Part shown: in pieces, positions 22,811 to 33,610 of the stretch
How positions within the stretch are numbered: position 1 is the first letter of the stretch
Layout of the letters: each line of letters begins with the position of its first letter
NCBI GenBank assembly: GCA_963827655.1
Contig: CAWHCF010000006.1
Coordinates: 256,001-320,000 of the forward strand
Direction: 5' to 3'
Origin: an uncultured Acidobacteriota bacterium
GTDB taxonomy: Bacteria > Acidobacteriota > UBA6911
DNA length: 64,000 nucleotides
Made by a program: the position numbers and the translations under genes
Notes under the pieces: model-generated
What the model saw: the letters and a program-made list of their open reading frames with translations, nothing else
What the model was told of the DNA's origin: nothing
The model's database searches: none

Positions 22811-24034
22811 CTAGAATATAGCGTCGCCCGCGAAGACTATCTGCCAGCCCTCATTGCCGATTGCAAACTCAAGGCGCAGCGGTGTGGAACGAAGGCCGTG
22901 GAAACGAGCGCCGATCCCCACATCGCTCTTCATCTCCTTGAAGTTCAAATCCTTGCGCCGGCTGGCCACCTTGCCGGCATCGTAGAATAACGCCATATCC
23001 AAAGCCACCGAAGGGGTCCAACGGAATTCTGCAGTCAACAATAGACTGTGACGATCCCGGAACCGGTCGCTGGCAAAAGCTCTCAGGGTGCTGCCGCTGC
23101 CCAGCTGGGGCAGCAGGAAGTATGGAATCAGGTCGTTGTCATTCAGCGTGGTTTCCACGCGGCCGCGCGCCGCCAGGATCCAGGTTTCGCGCAAGATCGG
23201 GAAATGCTGAATGAGGTCTCCATCGAGCTTCTGAAAGCTGTAGGCCCCGTCCTGGTCGCTCTTATAGTCGTGGAAGGTGACCTGGTACAACCCGCCCCGC
23301 CGGGTGTAACCTGGCGACTGGCGCCAGTCAATCCCTGCCGACACTTGCGTGTGGAGATACTTGGGATCGACGCCCAGGCCCGGAACCGGGTCGGGGAAGT
23401 TTTCGATCGACGGATCTGCCCCTTCACCTTCTTTAGTGTCCCAGCGTTCGTAAGCTACGCTCCCCTTCAGCGGGATCCACCAGACCGGCCGGAAATCTAC
23501 GTGCCCATCCGCGTAAGTCTCCTGAAAACGAAAATTGTGGCGGTCATCACTCGATGTCTTGATGCCAAGTCCGTAGTAAGCCACTTTAGTCGCGTCCCGC
23601 CAGCCCAGGCGGGTGCCGAAGGAGAGCCGCCTCCCCAGGTGGTCTCGGGATTCTACCGCCCCCTCCACCAGCTTGTAATTCTCGAAGGAGTACAACCCCT
23701 TCACATCCCAGAAGCTATTGTCTGCGAAGAACCGTCGATAGCCGGAACCCAGAGTAATTCCACCCCCGTGATACACCGACGAAAAGTAGGGAAAATATCC
23801 CGAGGGATTCAACAGGAGCATCTGCTCAAACTTCTGAACCCACGCCTCGACCTTGTCCGGTCTGTGGGGCTGACTCTTCTTGAGCTTTTCTAGTTGCAGT
23901 GTCGCGAAAACGTCCTGTCGCGATTGCGGCGTTGGGGCCTGCTCCTGCGAGAGGCCTGCCCGTGAAAGGAAAGCCAGAGTGATCATTACAGCGATTGCCC
24001 TGTTCAAGCGTCTTGCCGATATCACAATTCTCAT
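22811..24034 (-). CDS. Omp85/BamA-TamA family outer-membrane beta-barrel without obvious POTRA domains
   Basis: Signal peptide, amphipathic beta strands, LGSGSTLRAFASDRFRD loop motif, FYDAGKV, DVGIGARF, terminal Phe. Confidence 0.8.
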   Translation of the reverse strand: MRIVISARRLNRAIAVMITLAFLSRAGLSQEQAPTPQSRQDVFATLQLEKLKKSQPHRPDKVEAWVQKFEQMLLLNPSGYFPYFSSVYHGGGITLGSGYRRFFADNSFWDVKGLYSFENYKLVEGAVESRDHLGRRLSFGTRLGWRDATKVAYYGLGIKTSSDDRHNFRFQETYADGHVDFRPVWWIPLKGSVAYERWDTKEGEGADPSIENFPDPVPGLGVDPKYLHTQVSAGIDWRQSPGYTRRGGLYQVTFHDYKSDQDGAYSFQKLDGDLIQHFPILRETWILAARGRVETTLNDNDLIPYFLLPQLGSGSTLRAFASDRFRDRHSLLLTAEFRWTPSVALDMALFYDAGKVASRRKDLNFKEMKSDVGIGARFHGLRSTPLRLEFAIGNEGWQIVFAGDAIF

Positions 24035-24265
24035 CTCCGAGTCTCCGAACTTCGAACGGACTGCAACCGCAACTCGCTGATCGGGCTTTGAAAGGGCCGA
24101 CACCAGAATCAACGAACCCATTCCAGACGCTAACGCTCCATGCGCAATTATAAGAGAATAGGGCTTTGGCATAAGTCTTTCTTCGCGTTTGTGGCTGACT
24201 CTGTGCAGCCTTAGGGTTCTTCCCGTCTGGTGGTAGATTTGGTCTTTTTACGACGACGAGGACTC

Positions 24266-26043
24266 GTGACTCCGCAAATTGGATTGCTGCTGTTTATCAT
24301 CGCCGCCGCGCTCGTGCTTTTTTCCCTGGAACGGGTCTCCGCCGATGTCATTGCGCTTGGGACACTTCTGGCACTTATCCTCACCGGCCTCGTTCCGGCC
24401 AACCAGGCTTTCGCAGGATTCGGCAGCGACGTGGTCATGATGATCCTCGGCCTGTTGATCCTGACCGCCGCGCTGCTCCGCACCGGTGTGGTTGAAATGT
24501 CGGGGAGAGCGCTGCTTCGACTGACCGGCGAAGACTCTCACCGCGTACTTGTGGTCATTACTGTTGCCGTGGCATTGCTTTCGGCCTTCATCAGCAACAC
24601 GGCCGCCACCGCTTTTTTTCTGCCGATCACGGTGGGAATCGCCGCGCGCGCTCGAGTCAGCCTGTCGAAGCTTCTCATGCCTCTTGCGTTTTCCTCCATC
24701 GTCACCAGTTCGGTGACCCTGGTAAGCACCTCAACCAACATTGTCATTAGTGGACTGATGACGCGCTACCAGATGGCCCCTATGGGGATGTTCGAGCTGT
24801 CCCCCGTAGGAGTGCCGATTGCCGTGGTTGGCCTGGTATACATGCTTTTCGTTGGCCGCCGCCTGATCCCGGACCGCGGCAACCCAAAGGATCTGGTCGA
24901 GGAGTTCGGGCTCACCCAGTATCTATCGGAGGTCTTGATTCTTCCCGACTCCAAGCTGATCGGAAAGACGCTGGCTGAATCCGGACTGGGCCGAGACCTC
25001 GATCTGACTGTTCTTCGGATTGTCCGTGGGAAGAGCCATATTGCGGCCGCGCGCTCACATCCGACTGGCAGCCGGAGATGTGCTGCTGGTCGAAGGACAG
25101 CGAGAGGGGATTCTCAAAATCAAAGACACCTCGGGGATCGATATCAAAGCCGATGCCAAGCTGTCAGACCCGAGATGTCGAGGATGAGGACCTCCGGCTC
25201 GTCGAGGTCATCCTGCTCCCCGGGTCGCGCCTGATCGGGCGAACTCTGAAAGGCTACCGTTTTCGAGAGCGCTACGGGCTGCAGGTTCTGGCGATCAACC
25301 GGCACCGTGAGACAATCCACGACAAGATGAGCGAGGTGCGGTTAAGGATGGGCGACGTACTGCTGGTGCAGGGTCGCCGCTCGAACATCGCCGCACTGGC
25401 AGACGACAATGCCTTTCGCATTCTGGGTCCGGTGGAGGAAAAGCGTCCCAACATCCAGCGCGCCCGGATTGCGGTCGCGATCTTTGCGGGAGCCCTGGCG
25501 GCGGCGACTTTCAATCTCCTCGATCTTCCCGTAGCGGTTTTGCTGGGAGCGGTGATCGCGTTCCTGACCGGCTGCATCACCCCCGAGGAGGCGTATCGGG
25601 AGGTCGAGTGGAAGGCGTTGATTCTGATCGGGAGCATGCTCGGGGTCGGGAGCGCGATGGATCACACTGGAACGGCCACGTATCTCGCGTCACAGATCGT
25701 GACCCTGGTCGGACAAGCCGACCCCCTGTGGATGCTGACCGGCTTTTTCGTGTTTACGGTTTTGCTCACTCAGCCGATGTCGAACCAGGCTGCCGCCGTC
25801 GTGGTCCTTCCGGTCGCCATCCAGACGGCGATGCAACTGGGCTTGAATCCGCGGACGTTCGCCATGATGATTGCGGTCGCGGCCAGTTGTTCCTATCTCA
25901 CGCCGCTGGAGCCATCTTGTCTCATGGTCTACGGCCCGGGGCGATACCGCTTCGTAGATTTTCTGAAAGTGGGCAGCCTCCTGACCGTTCTTATTTATAT
26001 CGTGGCGATCGTTCTCGTGCCTCTGGTTTGGCCGTTGCGATAG
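24266..26043 (+). CDS. SLC13/CitMHS permease with two TrkA-C (RCK_C) domains (frameshifts near 25040 and 25170)
   Basis: SAFISNTA, TLVSTSTNIV, SKLIGKTL/SRLIGRTL RCK_C repeats, MSNQAA, MVYGPGRYRFVDFLKVG. Confidence 0.88.
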
Positions 26044-26079
26044 GGCGGCTTGCGCGCCTCGCGTCGTCTGGTTGACGTT

Positions 26080-26838
26080 TCATGGCCGCGAAACTGCCCA
26101 CCGTTCGATGGCGTCGTAGAGTACTTTTTCATCAAGGATCGGCTTGGCAATGTAATCGTTGAACCCGGCGGCGAGGTACTTTTCGCGATCACCCGACACG
26201 ACGTGCGCCGTCAGGGCGATAACCGGGATTTCTCGAAGGTCGGCCTCGGCGCGAATCTTCTCGAGGATTTCCAGTCCGTCCATCCCTGGCAGCGAAATAT
26301 CCAGCAGAATCACGTCTGGCCTGTCCTTTCGAATGCCCTCGAGGGCTTCCTGCCCCGTGCTGTAATCGGTGACGTGATAGAGATGCCCGAGAATGGCCCG
26401 CAAGAGCTCGCGATTGTCAGGGTTGTCCTCTATCACAACAACCTTCTTCATTCGGCTGTATCCTTTCTCTTTCTTGAGCTGCGCTGCCGCTTGCTGCAAT
26501 GCGCGTTCGAGTTCCGGGAAGAGAAGCCGGACCTCGGAATCCTTGTTCTCGATTGCAAGGCGCTCCAGCCTTCCGGCAAGTTCGAAAAGAATTCTCGCTC
26601 CCACGTTCCCTGCGCTCGACCGGAGCGAATGAACCGCACGCCCGAAGTTCTGAAGGTCGTCCTGCTTCAGGCATTCGCGCGCTTCTTCTACTTTTGCGGA
26701 CGTATGCGAACAGAATAGCTCGATCATCCTGTGCACCAGGGAATCTCCGCCAAGCTTTCGTAACCGCTCCAGCGCCGTAGAATCCACTACAGGCATTTCT
26801 GAGTCGTCCATTGTCCTGAACGCGGAAATCTGCGCCAT
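26080..26838 (-). CDS. Hpt domain in frame with a CheY/DivK-like receiver domain
   Basis: VHSLRSSAGNVGA Hpt motif; MKKVVVIEDNPDN...DVILLDISLPGMDG...YIAKP receiver; the receiver may also have its own ATG at 26451. Confidence 0.82.
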   Translation of the reverse strand: MAQISAFRTMDDSEMPVVDSTALERLRKLGGDSLVHRMIELFCSHTSAKVEEARECLKQDDLQNFGRAVHSLRSSAGNVGARILFELAGRLERLAIENKDSEVRLLFPELERALQQAAAQLKKEKGYSRMKKVVVIEDNPDNRELLRAILGHLYHVTDYSTGQEALEGIRKDRPDVILLDISLPGMDGLEILEKIRAEADLREIPVIALTAHVVSGDREKYLAAGFNDYIAKPILDEKVLYDAIERWAVSRP

Positions 26839-26883
26839 TCCTGGCGCAGTCGCGCTGTCGATCCGTGACGGATTCCGACCGAT

Positions 26884-27486
26884 CTACTCCTGTTTAGAAA
26901 GAAACGCCGTGACATAGCAAAGAAGCAACACCTGGAAGAGCCGGCCGAGCAGGATCGCCCTGAGCTCGCTGGGATTGTCCTCCTCAAGAACCGGAGCCAG
27001 CAAAGCGTCGACCAGAGCCGTCCGGGTTTCGTCAGCCAATTCGGGACGATTGGCGGCCGAAAGCCGCCACAGATGACTGCGAACGCGCCATGCTGACTGC
27101 CGGTGCATCGAGTCGAGGTCACGATTGTACGCCTTTACGTATTGTCGGCTCGCCAGCACCATCAGCGTTTCGCTCAAGCCTCCGATCACCAGTCGCCGCA
27201 TGAGATGTTTGCCGGCATCAAAAATGTTGTCGAGAACCACGCCGCCCACAGCTCCAATATCCAGCTTCGAAGCCAGCTCCGCGAAGGCGTGCGCATCGAG
27301 CTTCCCCTGAAGTTCCACGATATAGTCGTAGAAATCATCCAGGACTGCCGAGCGCCGAACTGATTTTGACCCGCTGCGTCCTGCGTCGGCTCCCTTCTCG
27401 ACCGAAAGCAGCGCCGCCTGCAAGTTCAGCAGATTGCCGGCGGCGGGCGCCGCCAGGACTTGCCGCAGCAGCATGACTGTGTCCAT
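26884..27486 (-). CDS. Hypothetical alpha-helical protein
   Basis: ~200-aa ORF with coding-like composition, co-oriented with the Hpt-receiver gene; no family recognised. Confidence 0.65.
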   Translation of the reverse strand: MDTVMLLRQVLAAPAAGNLLNLQAALLSVEKGADAGRSGSKSVRRSAVLDDFYDYIVELQGKLDAHAFAELASKLDIGAVGGVVLDNIFDAGKHLMRRLVIGGLSETLMVLASRQYVKAYNRDLDSMHRQSAWRVRSHLWRLSAANRPELADETRTALVDALLAPVLEEDNPSELRAILLGRLFQVLLLCYVTAFLSKQE

Positions 27487-27772
27487 GGATGAATCCTGGC
27501 CCAAACACAACAGACAGGCAAAGAAACCGAGATGCAACGATAAGAAAAATGTTGGCGAGTTTCAACACCTGGTTACCGATTGCCTGGAGTCGTCGTGCCT
27601 TTGTCGTTGCGCTGGTCGAATAAATACCGCCAGGACACCAAGACACACTCCAACCGAGAAAACGGTTGAACGAAACCAGCCCATCACTTACTCTCTAAAT
27701 CAGCAACGCCGGCCGGGCAGGCGTCCCCTCCGATTATTCAACCGGTTCCTCCCGCTATGATGCTCAGGCACA

Positions 27773-27826
27773 ATGGCTGTTCGCGACATCATCGTCATCG
27801 GAGCTTCCGCCGGCGGTCTCCAGGCT
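27773..27826 (+). pseudogene. 18-codon CheB N-terminal remnant
   Basis: MAVRDIIVIGASAGGLQA matches the CheB GASAGG motif, then diverges. Confidence 0.7.
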
Positions 27827-28088
27827 AAAATCGGTTACGCCGCAGGCAAATCTGAGATCCAACACTCCGCGCCCCCTGCGGGACGGAGGAAATCTGCGCG
27901 CAGCAATTGACGCTCTGCCAGGGGAATTTTGATTTTTTCGAATGTCAACCTCGAATGTGGCTCGGCCGAAGAAACGCCGTTGTTCTTTCTTCGATACTCT
28001 CGTAGAGTACCTTCATTCCGACGCTACGGGCGACTCGTCGACGCGTTCTCAATAAGCTGCGTCTGAACTCACGGGGTGGAGGGCCCCC

Positions 28089-31000
28089 ATGGTCAGAAAA
28101 AAGAAGAAGACTTCGTCCCGCAAGTCGCCCTCCGCTAGAAGTCGAAAGGTCCAACCGTTGGCGCCTATACCTCGCGCGCGCGCCAGCTCTCCCCGTGAGC
28201 TGAGTCACCGTATCGCCGACGCCGAACCTCCGACAATTGTGGGAATCGGCGCCTCGGCCGGTGGACTCGAAGCGTTCACTCAGCTCCTGCATGCCCTCCA
28301 GGAACGCTACTGGCATGGCGATCGTGCTCGTTCAGCATCTGGCCGCAAAGCATGAGAGCATTCTTCCTCATCTTCTTGGGGGCACGACGCGACTCCCCGT
28401 GGTTCAGGTCAGCAATGGCATGCTTCTGGAGCCGGATCACGTTTACGTCATCCCGCCTAATGCGTATATGGGGATCCAGGAAGGCAAGCTGCACCTGATC
28501 CCGCGGCCCGGTGACCAGAGGCAGTTCATGCCGGTCGACTTCTTTCTCCGCTCGCTGGCCCAGTACGCGCAAAACCGCGCGATTGGAGTTATCCTTTCCG
28601 GAACGGCCTCGGACGGCGCCATCGGGCTGCGCGAGATTAAAGCGGTGGGAGGAATCACGGTCGCACAACAGCCCGAGAGCGCAAAGTACGACGGGATGCC
28701 GCGCGCGGCCATCGCCACCGGGATCGTGGACCTGGTCCTCTCTCCGCAGGAGATCGCGGCGGAGCTTGTGCGCATCAGCCGCCACCCCTACATAAAGCAT
28801 GCAATACCGCGCCGGCCCGGCGACACCATCCCCGTCGTCGACGCGCAGCTCTTTCGAATCTTTGCGCTCCTCCGCAATTCTAGCGGTGTCGACTTCACCC
28901 AGTACAAGCAGCCGACGATCAAACGCCGCCTTCAGCGCCGCATGGTTCTCCACAAGGTCGCCAGTATCGACCAGTACATCAAACTGCTCGAGCAAAACCC
29001 CGACGAGGTAAAGAACCTCTATCACGACATTCTGATTCACGTAACCCAGTTCTTCCGGGAACCGGAATCTTTCGAGTTACTGATCCGGAAAGTATTCCCG
29101 AAGATCATGGAAGCCCGCAATGGAGAGAGCCCCATCCGAATGTGGGTGCCTGGCTGCGCGACCGGTGAGGAGGCCTATTCGCTTGCTATGGCCATGCTGG
29201 AGTTCTTTGAGGACGAGGCAGGTCACATTCCGATCCAGGTTTTTGCGACCGACGTCAGCGAATCGGCCATCGAGTTTGCCCGTGCCGGTGTTTATCCGGA
29301 GAACATCACCGCCGACGTCTCGCCCGAGCGGCTGCGGCGCTTCTTCAACGGGACCGATGGAAAGTACCGGATACTCAAGCGGGTTCGCGACATGTGCATC
29401 TTCGCCCGGCAGGACTTGACGCGTGATCCTCCTTTTTCGAAGCTTGACCTGATCCTGTGCCGGAATGTCCTGATCTACCTCGGCGCGCAGCTACAGAGAA
29501 GGCTGATTACGATATTTCATTACGCTCTCAAGCCGACCGGTTTCCTGATGCTGGCGGCGGCCGAGACCATCGGCCCGTACGCCGACCTCTTCAGCGCTTT
29601 TGATCGGAAGCACAGGATCTACAAAAAGAAAGAAGCCAGCCCCGGCAGCCCAGGTGCGCTTCTCGGCTGCGCCATCCGCCGTCTATCCTGTCGCAGCCCG
29701 AAAGATGGCACTCGAGGGACGCACCCGCGTCGCGATCCAGGAAGAAGCTGACAGGATCCTGCTCGCGAGGTTCGCCCCGGCCGGGGTAATCGTCGACGAC
29801 GATTCACAAATCATCGAGTTTCGCGGGCAAACCGGGCACTTTCTCGAGCCCGCGGCCGGCGATGCAAGCCTGAATCTTTTGAAGATGGCGCGCGAAGGCT
29901 TGCTCTACGGGCTGCGCACCGCGCTGCATGATGCGCGCAAGCGAGGAGGTCCGGTACGCAAGTCGGGACTCAAGGTCAAAGTCGATGGTCACTGGCGCGA
30001 TGTGAACCTCGACGTGATCCCGCTGCTCAAGGCGGGTGATTCGCCCCACTTCCTCGTTCTTTTTCAGGAAGCGACGGCTTCGACTGACACCAAGGCTTCG
30101 CCGGCTCAGCGGCAAAAAACAGAACCAGCACCGGGCAAACGCCACAAGGGCTCCAGGATCGCTGAACTTGAAAAGGAGTTGGCCGCCAGCCGCGAATATT
30201 TGCAATCGATCATCCAGGATCTGGAAGCGGCCAACGAAGAGCTGCAGTCCGCCAACGAGGAGATTCTGTCCAGTAACGAGGAGCTGCAAAGCACAAACGA
30301 GGAACTGGATACGGCCAAGGAAGAACTGCAATCTACCAACGAGGAACTCAACACTCTGAACGAAGAGCTGCATGGTCGTAACGAAGAGCTGGGCCTGGCC
30401 AACAGTGACCTGGTGAATCTGCTGGCGAATGTCCATATCGCAATCGTGATGGTGTCGAACGATCTGAAGATTCGCCGCTTTACTCCAATGGCAGAAAAGG
30501 TTTTGAACCTGATCCCCAGCGATATCGGTCGTCCCATCAGTCACATCAAGCCTAACATTCACTGCCCCGACCTCGAGCGGTCGATCGCCCAAGTGATCGA
30601 CACGGTTACCGTGACCGAGCGTGAAGTTCAGGACTCACAAGGAAACTCGTTTTCGCTCCGGATCCGTCCCTACAAGAGCACTGAAAATCGCATCGAAGGC
30701 GCCGTTCTTGCGTTGTTCGACGTTGACGCCGCCAAGCGCTACGAGACCGAGCTCCGAAACGCGCGAGAACATGCCGAAGCCATCCTTGACGCTGTGCGCA
30801 AGCCTTTCCTTGTATTGGACCGGGACCTGCGGGTGAAGGAAGCCAACGAGGCCTTCTGCAAATTATTCGACGTAACGCCGCAAGAGACTGCCGACCGCTT
30901 CATCGATGAGGTCGGTAACGGCAAGTGGAATGTTGTACGACTTCACGAGCTGCTCCAGGAAGTGCTCGAAAAAGGTTCTGATTTTGAAGGCATTGAGTTA

Positions 31001-31123
31001 GATCATAGTCTTTCAGCTCTCGGTCGGCGGAGAATACTCGTGGATGCCCGGCGAATACGGGGTGAGAGTGATGGGCGACCATTGATCTTGCTGGCCATGG
31101 CGGCTGGTGGCGCACCCCGATGA
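28089..31123 (+). CDS. CheB-CheR-PAS fusion protein (frameshifts near 28300 and 29660)
   Basis: IVGIGASAGGLEAF, VILSGTASDG, WVPGCATGEEAYS, LDLILCRNVLIY, EELQSTNEEL coiled coil, PAS domains. Confidence 0.92.
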
Positions 31124-31146
31124 GCTCCGCCTGAGGTTTTTGCAGA

Positions 31147-33482
31147 ATGCCAAAAGATTATGGGCAGATGACCAAGCCCGAACTTATTGCTGAGATTCTC
31201 AGGCTCGAAGAGGAAGCCTCGAGGTTCGAGAGCACCAAACATGAACTCGACGTTCACCGCGAGGAGCTGCGGGCTCAGACCGAGGCGCTTATCGAATCGC
31301 AAAGGCTTCTGGAACAATCGCGCGACCGCTACGCCGACCTGTACGATTTCGCCCCCTTGCCGTACGTAACGATCAGCAGCGCCGGGCTCATCGAGGAGAT
31401 CAATCTGACCGGGGCCACGTTACTCGGAATCGAACGGCCCCGGATTCTGGATACGCCGTTCCTGTCGTATGTTGCGCCGTCAGCAAAGGTCGGTCTGGCT
31501 GAACCACATGACTCTCTGCCGGGCGGGCGGCTCCAGCGTGGTTACGTCGCTCAGCCTCACGACGCGGCAGGGATCGACCATCCCGGTGCAGCTCGTCAGC
31601 GCGCCCTTCGAGCGCAGCGAAGGGGGTTTCTCTTACCGCACGGCGATTACCGACCTGACCGAGAGGGAACATGCCGAGGAAGAGATTCGACGCCTCAACG
31701 CCGAGCTCGAAGACAGGGTGCAGCAGCGCACCGGGGAGCTCCAGGACGCCATCGAGCGGCTGCGCGAAGAGGTCGCCCAGCGAATCGCCGCCGAGGATCA
31801 GCTCAAGGAGTATGCCGCAGGCCCTCGAATCGGCAAACCAGGCGCTGCAGCAGGCCTCGCGAGGCAGCTCGGCTGGCCGACCGCGACAAGCTCGAGTGCG
31901 AACGCGTCGCACGCTCGGAGGCTGAGAAAGCCAACCAGATGAAGGACGAGTTCCTCGCGATTCTGTCGCACGAACTGCGCACTCCGCTGAATGCCATGCT
32001 GGGGTGGACGCAGCTGATCCGGAAAGGACGCCTGGGACCGGAGGAGACGCAACGCGCGATCGAAATCATCGAGCGCAATGCTCGAGTCCAGGAGCAGCTG
32101 GTTAGCGATCTGCTCGACATGTCCCGGATCATCTCAGGAAAGTTTCGTCTGGAACTGGAGGGGATTGAGCTACGCCCCGTGGTAGAGTCCGCTCTTGATA
32201 CCGTGCGCCCGGCGGCTGCCGCCAAAGGGGTGCGGCTGGAAGCCGCGATCGAGCTGCGGTGCGGAGAGATCCTGGCGGATCCCAATCGGCTGCAGCAGGT
32301 CGTGTGGAATCTGATTTCAAACGCGATCAAGTTCACTCCCACAGGTGGGCGGGTCAATCTGAGGGCACGTCGCGTGAACTCCGACATCGAAATCACGGTC
32401 CAGGACACCGGCATCGGGATCAAGCCGGAGTTTCTTCCTCATGTATTTGATCGTTTTCGCCAGGCTGACGCCTCTTTAAGGCGTCACGAGGGAGGGCTCG
32501 GTCTTGGACTCGCCATCGTGCGCCATCTGGTCGAGGCGCATGGAGGAGCTGTGCGTGCCGACAGCCCGGGAGAAGGCAAAGGGGCCTCCTTCACCGTGAT
32601 GTTGCCCGCCAGGCCGGCAATTCCCGGCGAATCCAAGGCTCTGTCGTCCGCTCACACGGCCGCAGCCAATCCTCACACCGGATCTGCTGCGAGTCCGGGG
32701 GCTCAGGATTCTGGTCGTCGATGATGATCCGGACGCGCTCACGCTCATCCAGCGACAGCTGGAAGGCTTGCAGGCGGTTGTCTGCCTGGCCGGGTCAGCT
32801 CAGGAAGCCGTTCGCGAGTTCACTACGTTTCGACCGGACCTGCTGGTGTGCGACATTGGGATGCCCGGGACAGGACGGGTATGAACTCATACGGGAGATC
32901 CGAGCCCTTGAACGGGACCGCCACAAGACCCCCGCTATCGCACTAACGGCATTCGCCCGCCCTGAGGATCGGGACCGGGCAATGGAGGCGGGCTTCCAGC
33001 TTCACCTCAGCAAACCGGTCGATTCAGACACCCTCGCGCAAGCCGTCGCTAGCATGGCGCAACGCGCCATTCCCGCCCGTCTGTCAAGGAGTCCGCGCGA
33101 GAGAGGAGGAAATACTCTCCGCCTCCTCCTAGTTGAGGACAATGAGGACACCGCGCTCTACATAGGCACCGCCCTCGAGCAGCAAGGGCACGAAGTAACG
33201 GTGGCCCGCGACGGCCCCTCAGCCCTCGAGATCGCCGTTGCCATTCGACCGCACGCCGTGCTTCTCGACATCGGCCTGCCGGGGATGGACGGCTATGAGG
33301 TCGCCCGCCGCCTGCGGCAAACGAAAGGGCTTGAGAATACTCTTGTCGCAGCCGTAACAGGTTACACGGTAGATCCCGCGAGCAAGGGCGCCGGCCTTTT
33401 TGATTACTACGTCAACAAGCCGATCTCGCCCGAGAAACTATACGCGCTCATCGATGATTTGCGCCTCCGCGCATCGCGTTAG
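31147..33482 (+). CDS. PAS hybrid sensor histidine kinase with two receiver domains (several frameshifts)
   Basis: FLAILSHELRTPLN H-box, NLISNAIKFT, DTGIGI, GLGLGL; receiver motifs GQDGYEL and LLLVEDNED...DIGLPGMDG. Confidence 0.88.
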
Positions 33483-33610
33483 CCGTTCCACCACCCTGCC
33501 ATAACAACGCGTGTAACGCTTCGCCCCTCTCGATCACATATACTCGAAACTGTATTGCTAAGTCTCCGTGTCTCGCGTCTTCAAGGCGCAACCCTGGGGC
33601 GAGGAGTGCT

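Noticed and set aside
30220-30390. Tandem 21-nt periodic repeat
   Set aside because: It encodes the normal EELQSxNEEL heptad coiled coil of CheB/CheR fusions
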